A DNA stretch of 64,000 nt from an uncultured Actinomycetes bacterium (GTDB lineage: Bacteria; Actinomycetota; Thermoleophilia; UBA2241). How positions within the stretch are numbered: position 1 is the first letter of the stretch; the number at the start of each line of letters is the position of its first letter. Shown one piece after another: positions 27,744 through 38,782 of the stretch. The stretch is taken from the NCBI GenBank assembly GCA_963709345.1, contig CAVPVX010000004.1, positions 32,001 through 96,000 of the forward strand, given 5' to 3'. A program made the position numbers and the translations under genes. The notes under the pieces are model-generated. The model saw nothing but the letters and a program-made list of their open reading frames with translations. It made no database searches and was not told the DNA's origin.

Positions 27744-29699
27744 GTGCACGCCGTCAGCAACATCCGTAATCTGGCCATCATCGCCCACATCGACCACGGC
27801 AAGACGACCCTGATCGACAGCATCTTCCGCGCCGCCCACGTGTTCCGCGAGAGCGCGCACGTCGACGAACGCGTGATGGACAGCAACGACTTGGAGCGCG
27901 AGCGCGGCATCACGATCCGCTCCAAGCACTGCACGGTGGAGTGGAAGGACTATCTGATCAACATCATCGACACCCCCGGCCACGCCGACTTCAGCGGCGA
28001 GGTCGAGCGGGTGCTCAGCATGGTGGATTCGGTGCTTCTTCTGGTGGACGCCAACGAAGGGCCGATGCCGCAAACGCGGTACGTGCTCATGCGGGCGCTC
28101 GGCTTCGGGCTGCGGCCGATCGTCATCGTCAACAAGGCGGACCGGCCCAACGCCGATCCGTCGGGCGCGCTCGACAAGACCTTCGACCTCTTCGTCGAGC
28201 TGGGCGCGAACAACGAGCAACTCGACTTCCCCGTGCTGTACGGATCCGGCCTCGAAGGCTGGATCGTCGGCGACCTGGAGGAGTACCAGAAGGAAGAGCG
28301 CGAGCGCGAGGAGCACCTGGCCGACGGCGGGACGCTCTCGCCGGCGCTGCTCAAGGAGCTTGCCGACGTTGCCATGAACGACCTCTTTGAGACGATCATC
28401 GAGAAGGTCCCGGCGCCCCAGGTCGACCAGGACGCGCCGTTCCTCATGCAGGTGAGCACCCTCGCCTGGAGCGACTACATCGGCCGCATCGGCTGCGGGC
28501 GCGTGCTCGCCGGCGGCCTCAGAATCGGCGACGAACTGCAGCGCATCAGGACGCGGCACCTTGAGATCGGCGACCCGGACGCCGGCTGGGAGTTCACCGG
28601 CACGACGCCCGCGCGCGTGACGCACCTTTGGGTCACGCGCGGGCTCGAGAACCGCGAGGTCGACGAGGCCGTCGCCGGCGACATCGTCTGGCTCGCGGGC
28701 CCTGAAGACATCACGCTCGGCGACACGCTCGCGTCACCGGAGCGGGAGGCGGCCGACGCCGCCCTGCCGCCGCTCGAGATCGAAGAGCCCACGGTCAGCA
28801 TGTTCTTTCTCGTCAACAACGGCCCGTTCGCCGGCCAGGACGGGAAAGCCGCGACGCTGCGCCAGATCAAGGACCGGCTGGAGCGCGAGCTGCGCGTCAA
28901 CGTCGCGCTGCGCGTCGAGGACCTCGGCCGCCCCGACGGCGTCAAGGTGAGCGGCCGCGGCGAGCTGCACCTCGCGATCCTCATCGAGGAGATGCGTCGC
29001 GAGGGCCTCGAGCTCTGCGTCAGCCGCCCCGAGGTCATCACGCACCGCGACAAGCGCGGGAGGCTCCTCGAGCCGATGGAACAGCTGATCATCGACGTGC
29101 CGGAAGAGTACCAGGGCGCGATCATCCAGGAGATCAGCCTGCGCAAGGGCGAACTGGTGGCCGTCGAGGCGACCGGCACCGGTCTCGTCCGCCTCGAGTT
29201 CACGATCACGACGCGCGGCCTGATCGGCTACCGCAACGACTTCCTCACCGAGACGCGCGGCCTGGGCGTGATGAGTTCGCGGTTCACGGGCTACGGCCCG
29301 TGGAAGGGCGACCTACCCGGCCGCGAGCGCGGCTCGCTGGTGAGCCAGACCGGCGGCGAGGCGGCCGGCTACTCGCTCGAGAACCTGCAGAACCGCGCCG
29401 TGCTCTTCGTCGGTAACATGACGCCGGTCTACGAAGGGATGATCGTCGGTGAGAACTCGCGCGCCGACGACATGCTCTGCAACCCGACGAAGCGCAAGCA
29501 GCTCGGCAACTACCGGCAGTCGACCAAGGACATCGACGCCGGGCTCAAGGTGCCACGCGCGATCACTCTCGAGAGCGCGCTCGAGTGGATCGCCGACGAC
29601 GAGCTCGTCGAGGTCACGCCCAAGATCGTGCGCGTGCGCAAGCACATCCTCAGCACCGAGCAGCGCAAGAAGTCCGAGAAGCGCGGCGCGGAGGCCTGA
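27744..29699 (+). CDS. typA: translational GTPase TypA/BipA
   Basis: [44 protein letters not shown]. Confidence 0.95.
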   Translation: MHAVSNIRNLAIIAHIDHGKTTLIDSIFRAAHVFRESAHVDERVMDSNDLERERGITIRSKHCTVEWKDYLINIIDTPGHADFSGEVERVLSMVDSVLLLVDANEGPMPQTRYVLMRALGFGLRPIVIVNKADRPNADPSGALDKTFDLFVELGANNEQLDFPVLYGSGLEGWIVGDLEEYQKEEREREEHLADGGTLSPALLKELADVAMNDLFETIIEKVPAPQVDQDAPFLMQVSTLAWSDYIGRIGCGRVLAGGLRIGDELQRIRTRHLEIGDPDAGWEFTGTTPARVTHLWVTRGLENREVDEAVAGDIVWLAGPEDITLGDTLASPEREAADAALPPLEIEEPTVSMFFLVNNGPFAGQDGKAATLRQIKDRLERELRVNVALRVEDLGRPDGVKVSGRGELHLAILIEEMRREGLELCVSRPEVITHRDKRGRLLEPMEQLIIDVPEEYQGAIIQEISLRKGELVAVEATGTGLVRLEFTITTRGLIGYRNDFLTETRGLGVMSSRFTGYGPWKGDLPGRERGSLVSQTGGEAAGYSLENLQNRAVLFVGNMTPVYEGMIVGENSRADDMLCNPTKRKQLGNYRQSTKDIDAGLKVPRAITLESALEWIADDELVEVTPKIVRVRKHILSTEQRKKSEKRGAEA

Positions 29700-29734
29700 C
29701 GGCGCGCTCGGCTGTCGCTGGGCGGTCTGCCGCC

Positions 29735-30083
29735 TCAGGCGCTCCGCCGGTCGCGCACCACGAGCTCGACCTCGCAGCCCAGCACCTGCAGCAGCGACAG
29801 CATCTTGTCGACCGACTTGCGGTAGTCGGTGGGGTCGATCAGCCGGTAGAACTGCGCCGGCGAGGTGCCGAGCCGGCGGATGGTCTCTCGCTTGGATACC
29901 CGCGTCGTCTCCAGGCGCTTCAGAGCCTGGACAGTCAGGTTGTAGAGGAGCAGGTCGCGCATGTGGCCCGGCTCTTCGTTGTAGTCGAAGACCCAGTCGA
30001 GCAGTACGCACCCATCGGCGCCAGACGCGAGAATGCAGCCGAAGCCTTCGTTGCCGAGTTCCGGGTCGATGAAGAGGTCGATG
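29735..30083 (-). pseudogene. 5'-truncated HTH (antitoxin-like) gene remnant
   Basis: Frame continues upstream of Met 29962 as FIDPELGNEGF...DYNEEP.HMRDLLLY; HTH SKRETIRRLGTSPAQFYRL; no proper start before an in-frame TGA. Confidence 0.55.
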
Positions 30084-30337
30084 CGGAAGCCGATACCTTG
30101 CGCGGTAGCACTTGGCGAGGCTCAGGGGCATGGATGGAGCCTGCGCCGCAAGGAGTCGTCCGTCGTCGTATGACGTGCGAGGAGTCCCCCTGCCTCGACA
30201 ACGTGATCGCGGCAGTCGCCGACGCTGCTACGGTCTTCGGCTCCGCCGCATCCCCGTCCCCCGCAGCCCAGCCGACACCTGGTCGTTGGTCAACCGCTAC
30301 TCCCGCAGTCTACAGCGTGTCGCGGTTGGCGGCCGGG

Positions 30338-31677
30338 TCAGCCCAGGTCAGCCAGGATCAGGTCGACGTCTTCGCGTGTCGTCAGCGGGTTGATGAAGCA
30401 GAAGCGAAGGACCATCTCGCCGAGGTGCCTCGTCGGGGTGATCATTCCGAGCCCGCTGCGCAGGGCCTCTTCGCTCCACGCCTTGTAGTCCGTCTCCTTC
30501 CAGCCCAGCCGCCGGAACATCATCACGGTGAGCGCCGGCTCGAGTACGAGCTCGAGAACAGGGCCCGCCGCGATGCGCTCGGCTGCGTAGGCGGCATGTC
30601 GAGGCAGTAGTCCACCGCCTCGGTGTACGCGGCCGTGCCGTTGGCGAGGACCGAGGCCCACAAGGGCACTCCCCGGACCCGGCGGGTGAGGTGGACGGCC
30701 AGGTCTGACGGATTGCCGGCGGCATCGTCGCTGATGGCGTCCAGGTAGTCGGCCTCCTGGGTCAGGGCGCCCCGGGCGAGGGCGCCGTCGCGATAGAGCA
30801 CCGCGGCGCAGTCGAATCCGGCGTACAGCCACTTGTGTGGATTGACGATGAACGAGTCGGCGCGCTCGATGCCGGTGAAGAGGGCGCGCGTGCGTGGTGA
30901 GAGCAGGGCCGCGCCGCCGTAGGCGGCGTCCACGTGCATCCAGATGCCGCGCTCGCGACACACGTCGGCGACGCCGGCGAGGTCGTCGACGGCGCCGGTG
31001 TTCGTCGCGCCGGCCGTGGCGACGACCGCGACGACACTCTCCGGGTCACGGCCGCGGAGCGCAGAGGACAGCGTGTGCCCCGTGAGGCGCCCGTGATCGT
31101 CGGCCGCCGGCACGCTGCAGAGATCGCACCCCATGATCCGCGCCGCCGCGAGCATGGAAGCGTGCGCGGAGGCGCCGGCCACGATCGCCTGACGCGCCGG
31201 CGCGGCGTGCCTGTCGCCGCGCGCCGCCACCAGCGCGCTGAGGTTCGCGATGGAGCCGCCGCTGACGAACGCGCCGGCCGCCGTGGAGGGGAAGCCGGCG
31301 GCGTCCGCGAGCCACCGCAGCGCCGCGTCCTCCGCGTCGGCCGCGAGACCCGCCTCGATGCGGCTGCCACCGAAGATCATGGCCGGCGCCACGGCCATGT
31401 CGGCCAGCGCCGCGACGACCGTCGGCGTGCCGGGCACGAACGCGAGAAAGCGTGGGTGGTCGGGCGGGAGCGCCGTGCGAAAGACGACGTCCCGGAGCAG
31501 GTGCAGCGTGGCCTTCGCGCCGATCCCCTCGGCCGTCAGAGCGGGCAGCGGCGCATTCGCCGCCACGGCCGGCAGGATCGAGCGCCGGTCGGCAAGCCTT
31601 GCAAGCGCCCACTCGAGCGTCTCGCGGGCGGCTGCGGCGTCTTCGGGTCCGGGCACGTGCATGGGCATGCGTGCCAT
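30338..31677 (-). CDS. group II PLP-dependent decarboxylase; frameshift near 30595
   Basis: HPRFLAFVP, SGGSIAN, HVDAAYGG, NPHKWL, C-terminal LRFCFINP in a shifted frame. Confidence 0.87.
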
Positions 31678-31684
31678 CCTACTC

Positions 31685-31927
31685 TCGGGCCTGGTCTGCG
31701 TCGTCGACTACCTCAACGACACGCTGATCATGTACACGCCCGGCGGCGCGCTCGTGGACGTGTGGGGAGGATACCGCTCGGCGCCCGGCCGCTTCGCGAA
31801 CCCGAGCCGCGTGGCTGTGGGCCCAGCCGGCTCCGTCTACGTCACCGACGAGCGGAGCCACTGTGTGCGGACCTTCACCGTCGCCGGGAACGCGACGGCG
31901 GTGAGCGGCGTTCTTGTCGTGCGCTGA
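31685..31927 (+). pseudogene. fragment of an NHL-repeat beta-propeller gene
   Basis: PGRFANPSRVAVGPAGSVYVTDERSHCVRTF matches the NHL repeat pattern; no convincing RBS or start. Confidence 0.55.
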
Positions 31928-31981
31928 CGCCCGGCCGCCGCCGCGGAGCGAGGCGCGCCGCGCGGGGCAGCGCACGCGGCC

Positions 31982-33244
31982 TCAGACTTCGTCGAACACC
32001 ATGATGCTGCCGCTGTAGCAGCACACCCAGACGGCCTTGGTCGGCGCGTCGTAGGTGATCCCGATCGGAAGCTGGCCCGTGTTCACGACCTGGATGACCT
32101 TCATGTCGCTGGTGCGGACCTTGCTCATGGTGCTGGAGTCGTAGTTCACGACGTACAGCGACTTGCCGTCGGGGGCGATCGCCATGCTCCGCGGCTGCGA
32201 GCCGGTGGCGACCTTGTCGACGACCTTGCCTGTCGTCGGGTCGATCTTGGCGACGTTGCCCTCGTTGTTGAGCGTCGCGTAGAGGTACTTGCCGTTGCCG
32301 GCCATGCACAGGTGCCGGGGGCCGGCGCCGACACCCCTGAGCCATGAGACGCGGAAGCCCTGGAGGTCGACCTTTGCGATGTCGAAGGTGCCCATGACGG
32401 CGACGTAGGCGTACCGGGAGTCGGGGTCGACGGCGATGCCGCGTGGATACGGACCGAGGTAGACGCCCTTGATCTGCTTGCTCGTGTGGATGTCGACGAC
32501 GCTCAGCGTGTACGAGCACCAGTTGCTGACCAGCAGGTACTTCTGGTCGGGGGTGATGGCGACGTACTTGGGGACGGCGCCGACCCGGATCACCTTGTCG
32601 ACTTCCAGCGTGTCGAGCGGGACGCGGTAGACGTAGCTCTTGCTGGCGCCGTCGCCGGGGGCGCAGACGTCGTGGCCCTCGACGAAGCCGTCGCCGTACA
32701 TCGAGTACTGCGAGACGTACATGAAGCGCCCGTCGGGCATGACCGCAGCTTCGACGGGCGCTCCCAGGATCGTGTCGCCATGTCCCTTGATGCTGAACTT
32801 CCCGGCGTCGATCTTGTCCGGGATGGTCTCGACGAGCTTGAGCGTCTTGGAGTCGTACACGGTCATCGTGTGCTTGTACATCATGTTCTGCGCGAAGACG
32901 TAGCCGGTGCCGGTGCTGACGACCGACTTGGGGGCGATGGAGGGGCTGACGATGGTCTTGCGCAGCTTGAGCTTGAGCTTGTACGAGGCCGGCCCGGTCC
33001 AGGCGGTCGCGACCGGCGACGGTTTGGGGGAGGCCGCGGGCGACGCGGTCGCATCCGCGGCCGGTGCTCCGGAGTCACCGCGCCCGTCGCTCCCGCCGAC
33101 GGCCGACCAGATCACGAGGACGAGGACGAGGACGGCGATGAGGCCTGCGAGCGCGACCAGCCGCCTGCGGCGGTAGATCCGCGCGTTGGTCGCGCGGCGA
33201 ACGCGACGTCCGGGCGGCCGGGGGTTGCGACGGGAGCTGCTCAT
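31982..33244 (-). CDS. membrane-anchored YVTN/YncE-type beta-propeller protein
   Basis: IYRRRR plus TM helix; repeated P..+A+.PDG+.LYV.N blades. Confidence 0.85.
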   Translation of the reverse strand: MSSSRRNPRPPGRRVRRATNARIYRRRRLVALAGLIAVLVLVLVIWSAVGGSDGRGDSGAPAADATASPAASPKPSPVATAWTGPASYKLKLKLRKTIVSPSIAPKSVVSTGTGYVFAQNMMYKHTMTVYDSKTLKLVETIPDKIDAGKFSIKGHGDTILGAPVEAAVMPDGRFMYVSQYSMYGDGFVEGHDVCAPGDGASKSYVYRVPLDTLEVDKVIRVGAVPKYVAITPDQKYLLVSNWCSYTLSVVDIHTSKQIKGVYLGPYPRGIAVDPDSRYAYVAVMGTFDIAKVDLQGFRVSWLRGVGAGPRHLCMAGNGKYLYATLNNEGNVAKIDPTTGKVVDKVATGSQPRSMAIAPDGKSLYVVNYDSSTMSKVRTSDMKVIQVVNTGQLPIGITYDAPTKAVWVCCYSGSIMVFDEV

Positions 33245-33325
33245 GCTGCGGGGAGTGTAGCATCCGGGCGGAGCCTCCCACGCCGCCTGCTCGGGTGAGC
33301 GCGCCGGGTCGCGCTGCCGCAGAGA

Positions 33326-34453
33326 TCAGGCCAGCGCGGCCCGCAGGCGGCGCAGCGCCTCCCGCAACGTCTCGCGGCGGCAGCCGAAGTTGAGGCGGAG
33401 GTAGGCCGGGTCGCCGAAGGCGGCCCCGGCCGAGAGGGCCACCCCGGCGGAGCGGCACGCCGCCGCCGGGTCCTCGTGCTCGAGCCCCCGCACGTCGAGC
33501 CAGGCGAGGTACGTCGCCTCGACGTGCGTCATCTTCACGAGGGGCAGCTCGTCCGCGACGAAGGCCTCGACCAGATCGCGGTTGTCGCGCAGGTATTCGA
33601 GCAGCTCCGCGTGCCATTCGCCGCCCTCGCGGTAGGCGGCCTCCGCGGCGGTGACGGCGAAGCAACCCGGGAACGGCAGGATCCCCTTGCCCGGCTGCAG
33701 GAACCGCCGCCGCAGCTCCGCGTCCTCGACGATGGCGAAGGCGAGGTTGAGGCCCGGCAGGTTGAACGTCTTGCTCGGCGACATGAGGGTGACGATTCGC
33801 CCGGCGTCGCCGGGACAGGCGACTGCGGCGGGGACGTGAGCGAGCTCGTCGAGGATGAGGTCGCAGTGGATCTCGTCGCTGACGAGCACGAGGTCGCGCC
33901 GGCGGCAGAACTCGACCAGCGCCGTCACTTCGTCGCGGCGCCAGACGCGTCCGAGCGGGTTGTGCGGGTGGCACAGGAGGAGCACGCGCGAGTCGGGCGT
34001 GACCGTCGCCTCCAGCGCCTCGAACGGCAGCTCCCAGCGCCCGTTGCGGAGCTCGGCCGGAACCGTGAGCAGCCGCCGGCCACGCTCGCCGGGAGCCTCG
34101 AGAAACGGCGGGTACACCGGCGTGATCGTGACGACCGTCTCGCCGGGCGCGGCGAAGGCGTCGCAGGCGAGGTTCAGCCCGGGCACGACGCTCGGCAGCC
34201 AGGCGATCCACTCCTTCTCGATGTGCCAGCCGTACCGGCGCTCAAGATGCGCCATGATCGCGGTCTCGAGCGAACCCGGCACCAGGGAGTAGCCGAACAC
34301 GCCGTGTTCGGCCCGTGCGCGCAGCGCTTCGACGACGGGCGGCGGCGAGGCGAAGTCCATGTCGGCGACCCAGAGCGGCAGCACGTCCTCGCCGTACAGG
34401 TCCCACTTGAAGCTCGCCGTGTCGCGGCGTTCGATGCGCCTGTCGAAGTCCAC
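33326..34453 (-). CDS. MalY/PatB family C-S lyase (cystathionine beta-lyase)
   Basis: PLWVADMDF, CHPHNPLGRVW, SDEIHCD, SPSKTFNL, RLNFGC. Confidence 0.9.
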   Translation of the reverse strand: MDFDRRIERRDTASFKWDLYGEDVLPLWVADMDFASPPPVVEALRARAEHGVFGYSLVPGSLETAIMAHLERRYGWHIEKEWIAWLPSVVPGLNLACDAFAAPGETVVTITPVYPPFLEAPGERGRRLLTVPAELRNGRWELPFEALEATVTPDSRVLLLCHPHNPLGRVWRRDEVTALVEFCRRRDLVLVSDEIHCDLILDELAHVPAAVACPGDAGRIVTLMSPSKTFNLPGLNLAFAIVEDAELRRRFLQPGKGILPFPGCFAVTAAEAAYREGGEWHAELLEYLRDNRDLVEAFVADELPLVKMTHVEATYLAWLDVRGLEHEDPAAACRSAGVALSAGAAFGDPAYLRLNFGCRRETLREALRRLRAALA

Positions 34454-34614
34454 CCGCGCTCCCCCGGTCGTGGCGCCGCGGCAGGGTCGATGCGGCGCGT
34501 ATCGCGTGCGCGGTCCACGCTATCAGACGACGTCCCGGGGTTGCTCTTTGCCGGAAATGGTACAGACTTGCACGAGGATCCCCGTCAGTCCCCGTCCGTA
34601 GAGGCTCGCCCCGC

Positions 34615-36051
34615 ATGAAGATCCGTCTGATCGAACCGAACGCGCCCAGCATGCACCTGTGGTCCAAATCGTACTTCGTGCGTCTCGGCCTGCCGATGAT
34701 CGGCGCCGCGCTGAAGCAGCAGGGCCACGACGTGCGCATCTTCAACCCTCAGCTCGCGCCGGTCGACTGGGCCGACGTGCACAGCGCCGAGCTGGTCGGC
34801 CTCTCGAGCACCACGTCCACGACACCCGAGACCTATCGCATCGCCGACGACCTCCGCGCTCGAGGCATCCCGGTGATCATCGGCGGCTCTCACGTGACCT
34901 TCATGGCGGACGAGGCGCTGCAGCACGCCGACTACGTCGCTCGCGGCGAGGGCGGCGAGACGATCATGGTCGAGCTGGCCGAGGCGCTCGCCGGCGACCG
35001 CGAGCTCGACTCGATCAAAGGCATTTCGTACATGAAGGACGGCGAGGCTGTGCACGCCCCGCTCCACGAGCGTTGCGCCGACCTCGACACGCTGCCCTTC
35101 CCCGACATCACGCTCGTCGACGGGCACGAACGGATCACCCAGACGCCGATCATGACCAGCTGGGGATGCCCCTTCGCCTGCAACTTCTGCTCCGTGACGG
35201 CGATGTTCGGGCGCAAGTACCGCTTCCGCTCCGCCGAGAACGTGGTCGCCGAGATCAAGGAGAAGAAACCGCGGAAGATCTTCTTCTACGACGACAACTT
35301 CGCCGCCGACAAGCGCCGGCTCAAGACGCTGCTGCGCCTGATGATCGCCGAGGGCATCGCCGTCCCGTGGGGCGCCCAGGTGCGCACCGATGTGGTGAAG
35401 GACAAGGAGCTGATGGAGCTCATGCGGGCCTCGGGAGCCGACTTCGTCGCCCTCGGCCTCGAATCCGTGAACCAGGATACGCTCGACCACTTCGAGAAGT
35501 CGCAGACCGTCGCCGAGATCGAGGAGTCGATCCGGATCCTGCACGACTACGGCATCCGCAGCCACGGGATGTTCGTGCTCGGCGCCGAGCACGACGGCGA
35601 TCGTTCGGTGCACGACACCGTGGACTTCGCGCTCAAGAACGGCATCGACACGGTGATGCTCAACATCCTCACGCCTCTGCCGGGCACGAAGCAGTTCGCC
35701 GACCTGGACGCCGAGGGACGGATCATCGAGCGCGACTGGTCGTTCTACGACGCCCAGCACGTCGTCTTCCGGCCGCAGCTCATGACCCCGATCCACCTGC
35801 TGCAGGAGACGCTGCGCGCGAACCGTCGCTTCTACCACGCGCTGCGCCCGGTCGCGCAGTTCAACCGCTGGCTCTGGCGCCGCGATCCCGCCGCCTGGGA
35901 TCGTATGCTCGAGTACGGCTGGCTCTGGTGGTACTCGCGCATGTGGTGGCGGGACCCGGCGAACCGCGCGCAGCGTCGCCGGCTCAGGGAGCTCAGCCGT
36001 CCGGAGCCCGCCGCTCGCGTGCGCCGCGGCCAGAAGGCGCCGCAGGCGTAG
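34615..36051 (+). CDS. B12-binding domain radical SAM protein
   Basis: GGSHVT..GEG; GCPFACNFC CxxxCxxC; DDNF; LTPLPGT. Confidence 0.9.
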   Translation: MKIRLIEPNAPSMHLWSKSYFVRLGLPMIGAALKQQGHDVRIFNPQLAPVDWADVHSAELVGLSSTTSTTPETYRIADDLRARGIPVIIGGSHVTFMADEALQHADYVARGEGGETIMVELAEALAGDRELDSIKGISYMKDGEAVHAPLHERCADLDTLPFPDITLVDGHERITQTPIMTSWGCPFACNFCSVTAMFGRKYRFRSAENVVAEIKEKKPRKIFFYDDNFAADKRRLKTLLRLMIAEGIAVPWGAQVRTDVVKDKELMELMRASGADFVALGLESVNQDTLDHFEKSQTVAEIEESIRILHDYGIRSHGMFVLGAEHDGDRSVHDTVDFALKNGIDTVMLNILTPLPGTKQFADLDAEGRIIERDWSFYDAQHVVFRPQLMTPIHLLQETLRANRRFYHALRPVAQFNRWLWRRDPAAWDRMLEYGWLWWYSRMWWRDPANRAQRRRLRELSRPEPAARVRRGQKAPQA

Positions 36052-36226
36052 CCGCTCGCGGCGCCGCTCCCCGCGGGCATGGCGTACCGCACCGCGTGAC
36101 AGGCCGTAGACCCTCGCCGCGTCCCCTCGGCGTGCGCCGTGCGTGACGGCGGCGCGCGCGGGGAAGAGTCGTGGTGCAGGGCGCGCCGGTCGCCGGCGCG
36201 CGTCATCCGAGGAGACAGGATGCGCC

Positions 36227-36697
36227 ATGGCCATCGCCACCTTTGCCGCCGGCTGCTTCTGGGGCGTCGAACAGCGCTTCGCCCAGATCGACGGCGTCAC
36301 TTCCACGGAGGTCGGCTATACGGGAGGCTCCACGGCACAGCCCACCTACGAAGAGGTCTGTGGGCACGGCACCGGCCACGCCGAGGCGGTGCGGCTCGAG
36401 TACGACCCCGACAGAGTCACCAACGAGGATCTGTTGCAGGCCTTCTTCGCCATGCACGACCCCACGCAACTGAACCGCCAGGGGCCGGACGTCGGCGACC
36501 AGTATCGCTCCGCCGTCTTCTTCCACACTCCGGAGCAGGAGCGGGAGGCGCGCGACATGGTGCTCCGGCTGACCGAGAAGGGCGCCTTCAAGCGGCCGAT
36601 CGTGACGCAGATCGTGCCGGCCCCCGAGTGGTGGCGCGCCGAGGACTATCACCAGAAGTACTTCGACCGGCACCCTCGCTTCGGCTGCCTGTTCTGA
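36227..36697 (+). CDS. msrA: peptide-methionine (S)-S-oxide reductase
   Basis: [31 protein letters not shown]. Confidence 0.95.
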   Translation: MAIATFAAGCFWGVEQRFAQIDGVTSTEVGYTGGSTAQPTYEEVCGHGTGHAEAVRLEYDPDRVTNEDLLQAFFAMHDPTQLNRQGPDVGDQYRSAVFFHTPEQEREARDMVLRLTEKGAFKRPIVTQIVPAPEWWRAEDYHQKYFDRHPRFGCLF

Positions 36698-36734
36698 GTC
36701 TGGGGCGCCCGCGGCGCGCTGGGCGGAGCCTCAT

Positions 36735-36875
36735 TCAGGCTAGCGGCTCCTGTGCGGCGAGGATGAAGAAGCTGAACGGCAGCAGGCGCTGCATCCGGCT
36801 TGGCGGGGTCAGCCTCACGCCGCGCCGTACCTCAAGGGCGATCACTGCGCCGAGGGTGAAGAACGCCAGCCCCTT
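36735..36875 (-). pseudogene. possible membrane acyltransferase gene fragment
   Basis: Startless frame KGLAFFTLGAVIAL...LLPFSFFILAAQEPL, reminiscent of acyltransferase-3 segments; family call from memory. Confidence 0.3.
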
Positions 36876-36924
36876 CTAGTCGTTCCAGTTCGACGCCGGG
36901 GGCTCCCCCGCCGTCCGCCGCGAG

Positions 36925-37488
36925 CTAGCCAGTGAGGTGCTCTACCAGGATCTTGACGCCGATGCCGATGAGGATGACGCCGCCGACCACCTCCATGCGC
37001 CGGCCGAGCAGGGCGCCGAAGCGCTGGCCGAGCTGCAGCCCGACCGTGGTGAAGGCGCCGGCCACGAGCCCGATCACGAGTGCCGGCCACCAGATGTCCA
37101 CGCCGAGCAGGGCGAGCGAAAGGCCAACGGCGAGCGCGTCGATGCTGGTGGCGATGGAGAGCAGGATCAGCGACCAGCCCTTCGTCGGGTCGGGCCGCTC
37201 CGCCTCGGCTGCCTCGGGCTTGAGCGCCTCGTAGATCATCTTGCCGCCGATGATCGCGAGGAGGCCGAAGGCGATCCAGTGGTCGATGGGCGCGATCCAT
37301 TCCGCGACGGTGAGACCGGCGAGCCAGCCGACGACGGGCATGAGCGCCTGGAAAAGCCCGAAGTGCCACGCGAGCCGGAAGGTCTGGCGGGCGCTCACCC
37401 TCTTCAGCGTCAGTCCGGCGCCGATCGCAACGGCGAAGGCGTCCATGGCGAGACCGACGGCGATCCCGATGAGGGTGAGAGTGGACAT
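36925..37488 (-). CDS. mntP: manganese efflux pump MntP
   Basis: GLAMDAFAV, FGLFQALMP, ATSIDALAVG, E..GG..LIGIG. Confidence 0.9.
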   Translation of the reverse strand: MSTLTLIGIAVGLAMDAFAVAIGAGLTLKRVSARQTFRLAWHFGLFQALMPVVGWLAGLTVAEWIAPIDHWIAFGLLAIIGGKMIYEALKPEAAEAERPDPTKGWSLILLSIATSIDALAVGLSLALLGVDIWWPALVIGLVAGAFTTVGLQLGQRFGALLGRRMEVVGGVILIGIGVKILVEHLTG

Positions 37489-37540
37489 TGCGTCGTGGGC
37501 TCTACAGGCAGACCGGTGCGCGGGTCGCCGGCATCATGCC

Positions 37541-38572
37541 TCAGGTGCCGGCGGCATCCGTTTCGCCGTACTTCTTGAGGAGAGTGGCTGTCTCGGCGCT
37601 CAGCAGGTTCTGCCAGACCTTGCGGCCGGGCTCGACAAGGTGCCACAGGTCGTAGAAAGCGCCGTTACCGAGCTTCGCCTGGGCGACGAGGTTCACGTAG
37701 GGGACGCCGTGCTTGCCGGCCAGCGCCCGGCACTTGTCGCGGTAGCGTTTGGTCGGCGCGTCGAACTTGTGGCCGATGATCGCGGTGTTTCGCGGCAGCT
37801 CGAAGAGCACCGGGTGCAAACCGCGCGCTTTGCAGGTCACGATGAGCTTGTCCAGGACGCCGGAGCTGCTTCTGAAGTTGCGCTTGAAGACGGGGTAGCG
37901 GTCGGCCAGCCACGCCTTCACCAGCATCCGCTTCTTGGCGGCGGTGAGGATGCGTTTCTGATTGTAGTGGTGCTGCTTGTAGGCAGGGAGCGGGGTGCGT
38001 GGCTGGGGCAGGGAGATCCGGGCCGTCTTCTCCGCGCGCGTGAAGGAGCCGAGGTTGACACCGATGTAGACGATGGTCGGGCGCTCCGCCGTACCCTCAG
38101 GCAGGGCCTTGACGATGGCGACGTTCTGCGCGAGCGTGCGGTTGCTCGAGCCCAGGTTGTAGACGGCGGCGGCCGGTCCTCCCCTGGCCCCGATCTGCGT
38201 GCGCCAGCTGCGGTCGCTGATGGTCGATTCGCGAGCGGCGGAGCCGCCGAGAAGGACGACGAGCGGCTTGCCCGGAGGCGCGGCCTTGACGTTTGCGACG
38301 ACCTGCAGGACGTGGGACCAGTCGGCGCCGGAACCGGCTCTCGCTCCGACGTCTGCGGCGTCCGTCGCGCCGGACGGAGCGACGGCGTCGCCGGAGCTTG
38401 GAGCCGCGCTGACCTCCGGCTGGGCCGAGCATGCAGCCGGGAGCACTGCCAGAGCGGCGAACAGGACGACCAGCAGCGCGAGGCTGGCGCTCGGGCCAAC
38501 GGATCCGCTGCGTGGAGCGACCCGGCGTCGCGATGCGCGGCGAGTCGGACGATGCTGACGGCGTGTGGGCAT
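37541..38572 (-). CDS. exported SGNH/DltD-like hypothetical protein
   Basis: TM or signal segment; LLGGSAARE, YNLG, FYDLWHL (G-x-S and DxxH); RBS GGAGG. Confidence 0.65.
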   Translation of the reverse strand: MPTRRQHRPTRRASRRRVAPRSGSVGPSASLALLVVLFAALAVLPAACSAQPEVSAAPSSGDAVAPSGATDAADVGARAGSGADWSHVLQVVANVKAAPPGKPLVVLLGGSAARESTISDRSWRTQIGARGGPAAAVYNLGSSNRTLAQNVAIVKALPEGTAERPTIVYIGVNLGSFTRAEKTARISLPQPRTPLPAYKQHHYNQKRILTAAKKRMLVKAWLADRYPVFKRNFRSSSGVLDKLIVTCKARGLHPVLFELPRNTAIIGHKFDAPTKRYRDKCRALAGKHGVPYVNLVAQAKLGNGAFYDLWHLVEPGRKVWQNLLSAETATLLKKYGETDAAGT

Positions 38573-38782
38573 GGACAGTCCTCCGGGCGTGTGGCCCGAC
38601 TGTAGCATCCCGCCGCTGCCGCCGCGACATCGTCTGCCTTGGCGCCACGTGCGCGTCCAATGACGCGGCGTGCGTCGCGGCCGCACCGGTGCAGCCGCGT
38701 CTCTGCGGCCGCCGGCTGCGAGTTCCCGGCAGCGGATGTAGGCTTGGCCGACAGGTTCGTAAGCCGCCAGGAGGTCACGACC

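Noticed and set aside
36227-36697. MsrA as a second selenoprotein
   Set aside because: The catalytic codon is TGC (GCFWG) and there is no in-frame TGA.
37489-37540. yybP-ykoY manganese riboswitch upstream of mntP
   Set aside because: Only about 50 nt of intergenic sequence and no recognisable conserved motif.
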